Shown one piece after another: positions 20,376-29,995 of a DNA stretch of 64,000 nt. Every line of letters begins with the position of its first letter. Position 1 is the stretch's first letter. The translations under genes and the position numbers were made by a program. This DNA is from a virus: positions 12,252 through 76,251 of IMG/VR virus record IMGVR_UViG_3300046660_000513. One strand, 5' to 3'. The notes under the pieces were generated by a model that was not told the origin of the DNA, made no database searches, and saw only the letters and a list, made by a program, of their open reading frames with translations.

Positions 20376-20917
20376 GCCGTCACCACCGTGTAGTTCGGCC
20401 GGAGCCAGAGAACGCTTTCGCAATCCCAGCCGTACATGCTGAGACTCCGGTCTCCCGGGATCCGTGTTGCTGCCTGCCCGTGATCGGTCAGGTAGAGCGC
20501 GGCATACCCGTCGTCGGCCAGCTGTTCCCAGTTGAAGACCGCCCAGAACCCCCCGAGAAAGTCCGGCTCAGCGGCTACCCGGTAGGTCCCGAGGATCGCC
20601 TCCACGTCTGGAAGGCTGTCGATGACCAGGCCCTTGAAGTCAGGGGCTGGGGCGATCTCCAGGAAGCGCGTGTAGTCGTTCTGACCGAAGTCCTCGGACT
20701 GGTAGTACTCAGTCCACGTGGTGGAGATGATCTCCCCGGTGTAATCCACGTCGGTGATAGTTGCCGTCCACAGCCCCCCGGCCAGGGGCTTGGGATCGTA
20801 CGTCGAGTTGATGACGGGCCGAAACTTCTGAGGCTGTGTCAGGGCGAGGTCGTGTTCCATCCCGTGGGCGTAGGCCTGTCGGGGCAGGTCGGCGGCTGTG
20901 ATCGTCGGCAGGGTCAC
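20372..20917 (-). CDS. hypothetical phage protein (KP.GGLWT...YGWDCES motif)
   Basis: Coupled start/stop overlaps. Confidence 0.7.
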   Translation of the reverse strand: MTLPTITAADLPRQAYAHGMEHDLALTQPQKFRPVINSTYDPKPLAGGLWTATITDVDYTGEIISTTWTEYYQSEDFGQNDYTRFLEIAPAPDFKGLVIDSLPDVEAILGTYRVAAEPDFLGGFWAVFNWEQLADDGYAALYLTDHGQAATRIPGDRSLSMYGWDCESVLWLRPNYTVVTA

Positions 20918-21138
20918 TTCGAGCCCTTCTCTGCCAGCAGCTCGATCAGCCGGTCCCGGACAATCTCCGCCTGCGCCCTGCTCAGGGACAGGTAACTCCC
21001 TTCACTGCTGTACTCCGGGTCATCCGGGTCGTGCAGGAACAGGGCGTCGTAGTGACGGTTGCCGTGGATGTTCTCGATGTGCACCTCCCCGCTGTAGAGA
21101 GTTACAACGGGAGTGACGGTGGTGGGCTCTGCTGTCAT
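20914..21138 (-). CDS. hypothetical protein
   Basis: AGGAG RBS, motif at 21163. Confidence 0.65.
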   Translation of the reverse strand: MTAEPTTVTPVVTLYSGEVHIENIHGNRHYDALFLHDPDDPEYSSEGSYLSLSRAQAEIVRDRLIELLAEKGSK

Positions 21139-21234
21139 GACCGGCTCCTGGGGTGTGGGATGTATCTACCCTAACAGAAACGCGGGAGGGGTGTCGAGCC
21201 TCAACAGCCCAACACCCCTCCCGCGAACAGGCGC

Positions 21235-22161
21235 TTACAGGATCTCAGGGATCGGCTCACCCAGCGGGTGGACCATCCGAGACAACGGCTTACCCCGCCG
21301 ATGTGCGTTCCAGGCCCTCACGATGTACCCGATAGCCCGCACATCCTTGACCCGGATGCCCTGGTCACGGTCGCTGCGAACACGCTCCCGCAACGTCAGC
21401 ACCGGACTGCTCTCATCCAGCTTCGCACCCGTCTCGATGGCACCGAAGAACCAGGGAGTGTCCTCCGCGCTGACCTGGTGCAGCAGGAAGTGCGACGTAC
21501 CCAGCACCGACGGGGACAAGGGCTTGAAGGAACGGTGCACCCGCTCCCCGATCTCCGCTGAACGTCGCAGCTCCGGGTACTTCTCCATCGTTTCCGACAG
21601 CTCACCGAACGAAACAGCCTCGCGGAACGACCGGTCTCCGCGTTCCCACAGAGTCACACGGCGCGCAATAGCAGCGAGAGCCTTGGAGTGCGTCTCACCC
21701 CGCAAGGTCAGGTTGTCGGTGTGGGTGCGCTTCTTACCCGCATCCATCGTCTCCTGGGTCTTCAGGGGCAGGTTGAAGATGACCAGCATCTTGACGGGGA
21801 TACCGGCCCTGACGATGGCCCACAGACGGTGCTGGCCGTTCAGGAGGGTCCCGTCGACAGCGATTTGGATGGCTTCGCCGTTCAGCATCCACCTGCCTTC
21901 CGTCATGTCCCGGGCGTACAGCGCAACGGCGCTTTCGGTGAGCCTGCGGTTGCAGACGTTCTTCTTGAGCCACTCCGCAGCTTGTTCCGGTGTGACGTCG
22001 AGAATCTCCGTCAGGATCTCGGGAACGATCAGGGCCTTCTTCGTCTGGAGGCGGGGTGTGCGGGTGGATCCGGTGGTGGCTGCGGCGCGAGTCGGTGCGG
22101 GAATCTTCTTTGCGGCGCTTTTTTGCGATGCAGCAGAAGCTGTCTTGCGGGTGGATGCCAT
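21235..22161 (-). CDS. ParB/Srx-fold (DGQHR-like) domain protein
   Basis: TPE.A..WL..N..NR...YARDM..G.W...NGQHRL.A motif. Confidence 0.7.
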   Translation of the reverse strand: MASTRKTASAASQKSAAKKIPAPTRAAATTGSTRTPRLQTKKALIVPEILTEILDVTPEQAAEWLKKNVCNRRLTESAVALYARDMTEGRWMLNGEAIQIAVDGTLLNGQHRLWAIVRAGIPVKMLVIFNLPLKTQETMDAGKKRTHTDNLTLRGETHSKALAAIARRVTLWERGDRSFREAVSFGELSETMEKYPELRRSAEIGERVHRSFKPLSPSVLGTSHFLLHQVSAEDTPWFFGAIETGAKLDESSPVLTLRERVRSDRDQGIRVKDVRAIGYIVRAWNAHRRGKPLSRMVHPLGEPIPEIL

Positions 22162-22275
22162 AGCTGGCGCGCCTTCCTACTGGGGTTGGGATGTATCTAC
22201 CCTAGATCATACGGAGGGACGGGAGCAAGCACCCCCGTTGATTCGGTCGTAAGCCTTCCACGGTGAGGGCGGCTT

Positions 22276-22540
22276 GGTTACCCCGCGAGGGGTAGAGGCG
22301 AAAGTAACCAGGGGGTCTATCGTTAGCCTGCCTAACGTTTTCAAGATCATCTTTTACCAAACGAATAGACGTTACTCGGACGGTACCCCAAAATTACTCG
22401 GCAAAAAGTAACCCAACTACCCTATCTGACCTGCATGTTTAAAGATCATTACCTGGTTACCCCTGATGTATGCCTGCATGCGCGCGCACGTCATGCGCGC
22501 GGAACACAACACGTCCTTATCTGGATTTGGGGTAACCGGG
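22276..22540 (+). repeat. ori-like element copy 1 (GTTAC/GTAAC-rich)
   Basis: Noncoding, AT-richer, colinear homology with 59655-59923; lies at the strand-switch point. Confidence 0.75.
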
Positions 22541-22594
22541 AAACCGGGGGGTTGGGCCAGGATGGGGCGGGCGTCGTGAACATGATCGCAATGT

Positions 22595-22607
22595 GCTAGG
22601 GTAGATA
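22595..22607 (+). promoter_or_regulatory. representative copy of the ~40-copy promoter motif GCTAGGGTAGATA
   Basis: TGn-TAGGGT extended -10; recurs before accessory genes in their coding orientation. Confidence 0.85.
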
Positions 22608-22644
22608 CGTACTGAAGAGGACACCAGCACTCCGAGGAGACCTC

Positions 22645-22833
22645 ATGAACGAGCAGCGCGATCAGACCGCAGACAAGACGGTCATCGACTCGTATCCGAC
22701 CGAAGACGCGGCGTGGGCTCAGGCGCACAAGTTCGCCGCGACGCTCAAGTCCCGTGGCCTGGCAGCCAAGATGGGTGTCACCGTAAAGAAGGCATCCGGA
22801 GTCTGGTTGATCGTCCTGGTCAAGCGAGGCTAG
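22645..22833 (+). CDS. hypothetical protein
   Basis: GAGGAG RBS, motif upstream. Confidence 0.65.
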   Translation: MNEQRDQTADKTVIDSYPTEDAAWAQAHKFAATLKSRGLAAKMGVTVKKASGVWLIVLVKRG

Positions 22834-22913
22834 GCCCCCGGGGTTGTATCTACCCCCGAGACCTGCTAGTGTAGAGACATCGCAAACGGACACCGAAAAC
22901 ATAGGAGACCGTC

Positions 22914-23270
22914 ATGAGTGACCAGAAGCCTGCTGCTGTTGCCGCCGTCATCGTTCCTGCTGCCGCCATCCGCGCCGGGTACAAGGTCGCGTATCCCGTG
23001 GACGTCAACGGCAAGGAGATCATCAGCCGTGGCGAAGTCTTCTCGTTCCGTCGCGTCGGCCACAACCGCGCGGAGATCACTCTCCTGCACGCCAAGACCG
23101 GCTCGTTCTTCACGAACGTGATCAAGGGCGGCGACCCCGTGCAGGTGCACTCCGACGCTCTCGTTGCTGAGCCCACGGACGCGCTCTCCGTCGCCCTCAT
23201 GGAGCACGTGAAGGAGCTGCTGAAGAGCCAGGCGAGCGACTTTTATTCGATCTTCCCCATCGAGGACTGA
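22914..23270 (+). CDS. hypothetical protein
   Basis: AGGAG RBS, motif variant at 22865. Confidence 0.7.
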   Translation: MSDQKPAAVAAVIVPAAAIRAGYKVAYPVDVNGKEIISRGEVFSFRRVGHNRAEITLLHAKTGSFFTNVIKGGDPVQVHSDALVAEPTDALSVALMEHVKELLKSQASDFYSIFPIED

Positions 23271-23354
23271 CCCCCAGACTCCCCCGCCGTCCGTGACCGT
23301 GCCGGACGGCGGGGTGTTCCTCCTCCCTGCCGCCCTTCAAGAGATAGAGAAATC

Positions 23355-23546
23355 ATGAGACTGTTCCTGCTTCGCCTCGTGCTGCCCATGTCCCTGTTCG
23401 CGGTGGCGCTGACAGTGACCGCGTGTGAGCCGTCCGGGCACTCCCACCCCCACACCACCACGGTCCGGCAGCCCGGCGAGACTCCCAAGACTCCCAAGCC
23501 GTCCAAGCGGGTCACGGTACGCAAGGTGCCGGGCAAGCGCCGGTAA
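23355..23546 (+). CDS. small putative lipoprotein
   Basis: Hydrophobic leader ending VTAC (lipobox-like). Confidence 0.5.
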   Translation: MRLFLLRLVLPMSLFAVALTVTACEPSGHSHPHTTTVRQPGETPKTPKPSKRVTVRKVPGKRR

Positions 23547-23649
23547 TTCCGGACGGATCGGGGGCAAAAGGCGGGGGAGCACAAGCTCTTCCGCCTTTTC
23601 GGCTAGGGTAGATACCCAAAAACTGAACACCACCCCAAGGAGATCAGTC

Positions 23650-23952
23650 ATGGCCCAGTACCCGTATTTGGTCGTTTTCGCGACCGCGACCGACCGCTAC
23701 CCCTACGTTGTGCGTGCCAACGATGCGGTGCAGGCCGCCCGCCGGGGTCGGAGGATGTACGAAGCAGACCAGGGCGAGAACGCCACAGGTGAACTGCTGG
23801 GGCGGGTCCTGGATCTGAATCCGAAGCAGGTGGACGGCAAGTTTCTTCCTCGCCTCAACGGCAAGGTGGTGTCGTCGGATCCTTACGAGACCCCACAACA
23901 GGCTATCGATGCCACGCTGGCGTTCCTCAACACCCGGAGGTCCATCGCATGA
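23650..23952 (+). CDS. hypothetical protein
   Basis: AAGGAG RBS, motif at 23602. Confidence 0.65.
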   Translation: MAQYPYLVVFATATDRYPYVVRANDAVQAARRGRRMYEADQGENATGELLGRVLDLNPKQVDGKFLPRLNGKVVSSDPYETPQQAIDATLAFLNTRRSIA

Positions 23953-24294
23953 CTGAACTGGAGCGGGCCGTACTCCCGTACTTGGGGCATGTGCACGTAG
24001 AACGTACGAAGGCGTGTACGTGCCCTGAGGACAGCTGGGCCCCGTGCGGGGGTCAGTATGCGGGCCGGTACGACGTGGCTTGTCCTCATCACAGGAGGTT
24101 GGGCCCTTGGGGGTCGTCGCACGATCCGTCGGGTTGCCCTAACCAGGATGACCGGGCGCAGCCCCTCACCGTGGAGGGCAACTGACGTGCCGTTAGGGAT
24201 ATTAGGGGGGTTAGGCGGATGGAATCCGATGCTTCCCCGATCCCATTTATGGTAGGGTAGATACATCGTACGAAACACCGTCAAGGAGATCGCT

Positions 24295-24798
24295 ATGCCC
24301 AAGATCGTTGTAAGCGCCGAAGTCGAGAGCCGGATCACCCGGCACGCCGACCCCGACGACATCTGGGATGCAGGCGACACGGCAGGCGAGGTCAGCAACG
24401 TAGAGGCTTTCATCGATCGCCACGACGGCCGTTACTACGGTGAGTCCGTCGCCCGTGAGCTGGACGTGAAGATCGGCGACACCGTGTACGCGGTCGTCGC
24501 GGACTACGAGAGCGGCAGCACCTTCGGCCGCAGCGGCGGGCATGCGACCGTCCTTGATGTCTTCACCACCCTGCTGGAAGCAGAGGGTCTCCTCGAAGCC
24601 GCTCAGGCGCCTCCGGCGAGTGACGACTACAGCGACCGGTACTCGTTCACGCACAACGGCGTGGATTACCACCGGTCTTGGGTCGGTCACTTCGAGAGTC
24701 TCAACAGCCTGGACATCTGGGACATACAGGTCAAGCAGAACCCCCACGACCCGATCAAGAAGGGTCCTGGCCGCTACAGCCTCAAGCGGGGGCATTGA
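24295..24798 (+). CDS. hypothetical phage protein
   Basis: AAGGAG RBS, motif at 24251. Confidence 0.75.
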   Translation: MPKIVVSAEVESRITRHADPDDIWDAGDTAGEVSNVEAFIDRHDGRYYGESVARELDVKIGDTVYAVVADYESGSTFGRSGGHATVLDVFTTLLEAEGLLEAAQAPPASDDYSDRYSFTHNGVDYHRSWVGHFESLNSLDIWDIQVKQNPHDPIKKGPGRYSLKRGH

Positions 24799-24860
24799 AT
24801 CGCCGCATAGATCCCGGGTGTTGCTCACCCGGGATCTATGCTAGGGTAGATACATCAACA

Positions 24861-25008
24861 AGGGCGGAATGGCGAGCGTAGGCCGGTTCGAGTCCGGCCG
24901 TCCCGCAGGTCGCGGGTGTGAGGTTCAATTCCTCTTAACCACGGTGGCAAAAAGTGAGGGGCGCGCCCCCGATGACCGCGCAGAGAGGTTCGAGTCCTCT
25001 CCCGCCCG
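24861..25008 (+). ncRNA. structured RNA with three tRNA T-arm hairpins
   Basis: GGCCGG-TTCGAGT-CCGGCC, GAGG-TTCAATT-CCTC, GAGAGG-TTCGAGT-CCTCTC; ends pair GGGCGG/CCGCCC; promoter motif at 24840. Confidence 0.65.
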
Positions 25009-25046
25009 CGCAAGACTCTCCCCAACTGACCACGGAGGTCACATCC

Positions 25047-25643
25047 ATGAGCACTCCCATGATCACCCTCACCAAGGACAGCGGCCCCGCCGACCTCGAC
25101 GGCGTCACCCACATGGCCATCGGCGTCTCCTGGGACACCACCGCCGGAAGCAGCGGCGGCCCCCTGGGCGCTCTTCGTCGCAAGGTCGGCACTGACCTCG
25201 ACCTGATTGCCGTCGCCATGCAGGGCCCGGACCCGGTGCGTCTCGCAGGCCTCGACTCCCTGGACCCTCTGGGCAACAGCTCCCTGGTGCACAGCGGCGA
25301 CAACCAGACGGGCAAGGGCGAGGGCGACGACGAGATCGTCACGGTCGATTTCGCCAAGGTCCCCGCGAACGTCACCGCGATCGTGTTCATCGCCGCTGCC
25401 TACAAGAAGGGCAGTTCCTTCCAGAAGGCCCGCAACATCAGCTTCAAGGTGTACGACGCCACAGGGGGCAGCAGCACGCAGGTCGCCGACATCTGGCCGT
25501 CCCTTCTCAGTTCGGACAACGGGTGCGCGGTCGCCAAGGCCTTCCGCGTCGGCTCCGGCTGGAAGCTCCAGGTGGTCAACGAGACCGGGAAGATCAAGCA
25601 GGGTGACGAGTTCGCTCTGATGCGGTTCGCCATCAGCAAGTGA
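25047..25643 (+). CDS. TerD-family protein
   Basis: G.SWD...DLDL...HSGDN.TG.GEGDDE.V.VD..KVP motif; GGAGG RBS. Confidence 0.9.
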   Translation: MSTPMITLTKDSGPADLDGVTHMAIGVSWDTTAGSSGGPLGALRRKVGTDLDLIAVAMQGPDPVRLAGLDSLDPLGNSSLVHSGDNQTGKGEGDDEIVTVDFAKVPANVTAIVFIAAAYKKGSSFQKARNISFKVYDATGGSSTQVADIWPSLLSSDNGCAVAKAFRVGSGWKLQVVNETGKIKQGDEFALMRFAISK

Positions 25644-25893
25644 CCGTTTACGACTACGAGCCGGGCGCGGGCCCGGTTGTACCGGTTTGCCCTGACGAGA
25701 ACTGCACGAACACGGAAGACCTCTGGGTTCAGGAGTGCGCCCCCGGCCGTACGTGGGCGTTCTCCAGCAGTGTCTGCGGTCACTGGGGCTTCATCCACAA
25801 AAAGTCCGACGACGCGTGATTCCATAACCCCCGGGGCTTCCGAGCCTCGGGGGTTCGTGCTAGGGTAGATACATCGACTAACAAGGAGACATC

Positions 25894-26202
25894 ATGGCTC
25901 GCTGGGACATCCTCGCAACCCCCGCCAATCTCCCCCTCACCCGTGACCGCCTCGTAAATGCCGTCCAGCACACGGACGGTGTGGACGTCGGTGAGATCGT
26001 CTGGGAGTACGACGGAATGCCCGGCTTCGGCTTCACCGTCGTCGGCAACGAGACCGCCGCGTTCGGCCGGTTCCTCCTGGCGGTCACCCGGATGTTCGAG
26101 GACGACCCGCTGACTCAGATCTTCGTGGACCGCGTGGTCGTGGGGCGCTCTGGGGGCTACAAGAAGGTTGTGTTCTTCCCGGTTCAGCTCCTCAACGACT
26201 GA
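25894..26202 (+). CDS. hypothetical protein
   Basis: AAGGAG RBS, motif at 25859. Confidence 0.7.
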   Translation: MARWDILATPANLPLTRDRLVNAVQHTDGVDVGEIVWEYDGMPGFGFTVVGNETAAFGRFLLAVTRMFEDDPLTQIFVDRVVVGRSGGYKKVVFFPVQLLND

Positions 26203-26284
26203 CCCCATCCCTACCGGCGCCGCCTCTCGAACCAGAGGGGCGGCGCCTAGTACGTTCTACCCTGCAAGAGATAGGCTTGATCCT

Positions 26285-27217
26285 GTGTCCGAAAAACTTG
26301 AGGCAGCGCTCGAATGGCTGGCAGACGGCTACGTCCTGACCAAGCTGCACGGCGTGACGCGTCGTGGAAACTGCTCCTGTGGCGGGGGCTGCGGCAAGCG
26401 TGTAGGCAAGCATCCTGTTTTTAAGGACCCGCACGGGGAGCACGCGATCCGCACCCCCGAGCAAGCTGAGGATGCCTTCGGAAGCGGGCTCTATAACCCT
26501 GGCCTCGTGACAGGCAGTCCCACCGGCGTCGTCGTGTTGGACGTGGACACCGACGACGGCAAGGTGGGCCGGGAGTCCCTGGAGAGGCTGGCGGCGGCGC
26601 ACGGCTGGGACGATCTGGAGGCCACCCGGCAGCACCGGACTGGCGGGGGCGGGACGCAATACCTCTTCACGTATAAGGGCCCTGCGTTGAAGACAACGCT
26701 GTCGGTTCTCGGGCCGGATCTGGACTTCAAGGCGGGGGACGGCGGGGCGTTCATCGTGCTTCCTCCGTCGCGCAGTGCTAAGGGCTTGTACGAGGTGCTG
26801 TCGGACGACCCTATCCAGAAGGCCCCCAGCTGGCTCCTGAAGCTCTGTGAGAGACAGAGTGATCCGACGGGCCGTGAAGGTACCGTGCAGGCCTCCAGCG
26901 TGGCGTACACGGCTCCTCCAGACGCTGCGACGGCCCAACGCTGGGACTACTACGCGGAGCGGGTCATCTGGGAGGCCCGGGACAAGCTCCGGGATCTCCA
27001 GACCGCCCGGAGCGGGTGGACGATGGGGATCTTTTCCGCCTGCTGCACGATCTTCGAAATAGCTAACTCCCCCTGGAACACGGTCAGCGTCCGGGAAGCG
27101 GAGCGGCTGATCAGGCAGGTACTGCCGACCGTGACGGACGGATCTGACTTCAATCCGTGGGACGTGGTTGAGCAGGCAAAGCGCAGAACAGCGGGCAGGG
27201 GACGGCCCGCCCCCTGA
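26285..27217 (+). CDS. bifunctional DNA primase/polymerase (prim-pol) domain protein
   Basis: CSC...C...GKHP, N.GLVTG, VVLDVD, T.GGG.QYLF, FIVLPPS motifs. Confidence 0.88.
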   Translation: MSEKLEAALEWLADGYVLTKLHGVTRRGNCSCGGGCGKRVGKHPVFKDPHGEHAIRTPEQAEDAFGSGLYNPGLVTGSPTGVVVLDVDTDDGKVGRESLERLAAAHGWDDLEATRQHRTGGGGTQYLFTYKGPALKTTLSVLGPDLDFKAGDGGAFIVLPPSRSAKGLYEVLSDDPIQKAPSWLLKLCERQSDPTGREGTVQASSVAYTAPPDAATAQRWDYYAERVIWEARDKLRDLQTARSGWTMGIFSACCTIFEIANSPWNTVSVREAERLIRQVLPTVTDGSDFNPWDVVEQAKRRTAGRGRPAP

Positions 27218-27241
27218 CCCTGGATGGCTTGGGAGGGTGTA

Positions 27242-27610
27242 ATGGATTTTACGGCGGATCAAATTGCGCACGTAGTACACGAGGCGAACCGGGTGTTACA
27301 GCGGATCACGGGGGATGCGGTGCTGTCGCGGTCCTGGTGGGAGGCCCCGCAGGTTCAGCGGGAGGGTCTTGTACACGGGGTGCAGAAGGCCCTTGAAGGG
27401 GCGACTCCTGAGGAGCTGCATGAGGAGTGGGTGCGGTATCGGGCGGCTCGGGGGTGGAAGTACGGTCGTTTGAAGGATGAGCATGCCCGGACTCATCCGT
27501 GCATGGTTCCTTTTGATCAGCTTCCTCCGGAACAGCAGATGAAAGACCGGTTGTTCCACGCGATTGTGCATACGTTGGCTGGTCATCTGGTTTCGGTTGA
27601 AAAAGCCTAG
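27242..27610 (+). CDS. RyR-domain phage protein
   Basis: HEEW......GWKYG..KD....THPCMVPF.QLP..Q..KD.LF. Confidence 0.8.
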   Translation: MDFTADQIAHVVHEANRVLQRITGDAVLSRSWWEAPQVQREGLVHGVQKALEGATPEELHEEWVRYRAARGWKYGRLKDEHARTHPCMVPFDQLPPEQQMKDRLFHAIVHTLAGHLVSVEKA

Positions 27611-27682
27611 TTGCTACCCCCTAGTACACTGTGCTAGGGTAGATATATCGCAAGGAGGAATACCTACCCCAAGGAGATCCCC

Positions 27683-28192
27683 GTGTCCTCACCTCTGCTG
27701 CTTCTCGATGTCGATGGTGTTTTGTCCCCCACCTTCGCGACGCACAAGCCCCAGGGCTACAACGCGTTCCAGGTCATGCGTGCGGAGCTGGGGGTTTTCC
27801 GGCCGCAGCTCCGACGGATATGGCTGAACAAGAACCACGGGACGTGGCTCAAGGCGCTCGACGTCGACATGGTCTGGGCCACAGCGTGGGAGGCTGCCGC
27901 GAACTGGGAGATCGGACCCCGTATCGGCCTGGGCCCCATGGATCACATCACCTTCAGCAACAGGACATTTCAGCGCAATCTGGATGGGTCGCACTGGAAG
28001 CTGGATGACTTGATGCTGAACGCGGACGGGCGCCCTTTCGTATGGGTAGACGATGGCATCTCAGGCGCCGACACGGTGCGCGTGGCCCTGGAGTACCCGG
28101 CGCCTGCGCTTCTGTACCGTGTCGACCCGCGATGGGGGCTCACCTTGGACGATATGACGAGTATCTGGCAGTGGATCGATGTCGTGTCGTGA
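27683..28192 (+). CDS. HAD-family phosphatase (Swiss-Army-knife RNA-repair type)
   Basis: LLDVDGVL, WATAWE..AN, K, FVWVDD. Confidence 0.8.
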   Translation: MSSPLLLLDVDGVLSPTFATHKPQGYNAFQVMRAELGVFRPQLRRIWLNKNHGTWLKALDVDMVWATAWEAAANWEIGPRIGLGPMDHITFSNRTFQRNLDGSHWKLDDLMLNADGRPFVWVDDGISGADTVRVALEYPAPALLYRVDPRWGLTLDDMTSIWQWIDVVS

Positions 28193-28307
28193 CGGGGGAT
28201 GCACAGTCCGTAGCAGGGAAGCCTGTCAGCTCCAGCTGACGGGCTTTTTTGCGCGTAAGATCTGTTTTTAACTAGGGTAGATAAACTTATTTAGCGAGGG
28301 GCGCAAC

Positions 28308-28541
28308 ATGGATCTGTCAAGGCTTGAGGCGGTTGACCCGGTGAACGCGGTGGATCCGAATGAGTTGCTGCGCAGGCTGAGGGAGGCCTGTCAGCAGACA
28401 ATGACGGACCTGGACGACCCGGTGACTGCGGAGGATGTACCAGCCAACGAGGCGGGTATGGCGACACTTTTCTTGCAGCTTGACGACTGGGTTGCCCGGG
28501 GAGGTTTTCTCCCGCAGGCGTGGCAGGACTCAGCCGAATAA
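28308..28541 (+). CDS. hypothetical protein (LDDW..RGGFLP.W motif)
   Basis: Motif at 28271, RBS. Confidence 0.7.
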   Translation: MDLSRLEAVDPVNAVDPNELLRRLREACQQTMTDLDDPVTAEDVPANEAGMATLFLQLDDWVARGGFLPQAWQDSAE

Positions 28542-28707
28542 ATGTGCTAGGGTAGATCTATCCGCGTGAGGCAGGTTGGCGGTCGAATCGAAGCACCCTA
28601 TCGCACAAACGAGGGATAGCTCACAAGTTCGACCCAAATCACCCATAAACAGGCCTGACCCCGGTGTAATACCGGGGTCAAGTTGTGTTCCGAACAAGGA
28701 GCTACCC

Positions 28708-29184
28708 ATGCGCAAAATCGCTGGCACCGCTGTGTCCCTCTCCCTGGCGGGAGGGCTGGTCCTCTCCGCCGCAGCAGACTCTCAGGCAGCCCCCTCGCTA
28801 CGGTCCAGAGCTGAGGCCATAGCCGAAAAACAGATCGGCGACCCCTATCGATGGGGCGCCACAGGCCCTAACGCCTTCGACTGCTCCGGCCTGGTGAAGT
28901 ACTCGTTCAGCAAGGCCGGAAAAACGATTCCCCGCACTGCCCAGCAGCAGTACAACGCCTCGCATCACGAGTCCTGGCGGTCCCGCACGAAGGGAGACAT
29001 CGTGGCCATCGGCACCTCGGCCCGCCGCATCACGCACATCGGGATCTACGTGGGGTACTGGAAGGGCAAGAGCTGGATGGTGAACGCCAGCTCCGGCCGG
29101 ACGACCAAGCACGAGGTCATGATCGCCCCGATCAATTGGTACCTCGGCGGCGGTCGTCACACGTACTACGGGCGGATCAGCTGA
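28708..29184 (+). CDS. secreted NlpC/P60 cell-wall peptidase
   Basis: Signal peptide; G.PY.WGA.GP.AFDCSG, PRTA..Q, GD, HIGIY. Confidence 0.9.
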   Translation: MRKIAGTAVSLSLAGGLVLSAAADSQAAPSLRSRAEAIAEKQIGDPYRWGATGPNAFDCSGLVKYSFSKAGKTIPRTAQQQYNASHHESWRSRTKGDIVAIGTSARRITHIGIYVGYWKGKSWMVNASSGRTTKHEVMIAPINWYLGGGRHTYYGRIS

Positions 29185-29333
29185 GCAGGGTTTGATGCAG
29201 TAGACTCGCAGCGTTCCTACACCGCGCAGGACGCTACAAACCTGACGTGACCAGCGGAAAGACGGGCGGAACATCTCAGGATGTTCCGCCCGTTGCTGTT
29301 CTCCCCTACTAGGCCATGAGATAGGGTAGATAT

Positions 29334-29882
29334 ATGACTGACTCGTCCCCACTGTCTCCGCAGGAAACCAAGGTAGTCCGGCTCCTGGCTGAAGGACTGA
29401 CGCCGACTGCGATAGCCGCTTATCTGGGTCTTCGGTCCAGCGGAACCGCGTCTCACTACATGGGCCGCATCCGCACGAAGCTGGGGGTACAGACGAACGA
29501 ACAGGCCGTAGCGTATCTGGCCTGGTACCACCCGAAAGTCCTCGCAGGCTGCATGATCAAGCACGGCACGCTGCAAGCCCTGGACTGGCACGATGAGCAC
29601 GAGATCCCGTTGTGCCGGATGTGCCAGGCACTCACGGACATCCGGGCGGCCCGCGTGAAGATGCCCGGGAAGCGGCCTGGTCCGAAGCGAGGCACGACGT
29701 ACCAGCGTCTGAAGCCGGTGGATTCGCTCGTGCCGTCCGGGGCTCCGATGGAGCACGGGACCATCGAGATGGCCCGCAGGCATATCCGCAGTAAAGACCG
29801 GATCAACGATCTGACGTGCGGGTGCCGGGAGGCGTATCAGGAGTGGTGGCGGGAGTATCAGCGGGCCCGCAACGCGAGTTGA
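29334..29882 (+). CDS. LuxR-type HTH regulator with HGT/Cys repeats, leaderless
   Basis: LS.QE..V..LLAEG.T...IA..LG....T...Y...I..KLGV; ATG directly after motif. Confidence 0.75.
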   Translation: MTDSSPLSPQETKVVRLLAEGLTPTAIAAYLGLRSSGTASHYMGRIRTKLGVQTNEQAVAYLAWYHPKVLAGCMIKHGTLQALDWHDEHEIPLCRMCQALTDIRAARVKMPGKRPGPKRGTTYQRLKPVDSLVPSGAPMEHGTIEMARRHIRSKDRINDLTCGCREAYQEWWREYQRARNAS

Positions 29883-29995
29883 CGGACGACCCCCGGACAG
29901 GCAGGCAGTGGCCCTTGTCCGGGGGTTTTGCGTTTCCTTCACGTCGTATGCTAGGGTAGATATATCAGTCGGGCACCAGAACCGAGGAGACCGTG

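Noticed and set aside
28560-28700. c-di-AMP (ydaO) riboswitch before NlpC/P60
   Set aside because: Hallmark GCTGAATCC and GGGGAACC segments not found; kept only as an unassigned structured leader.
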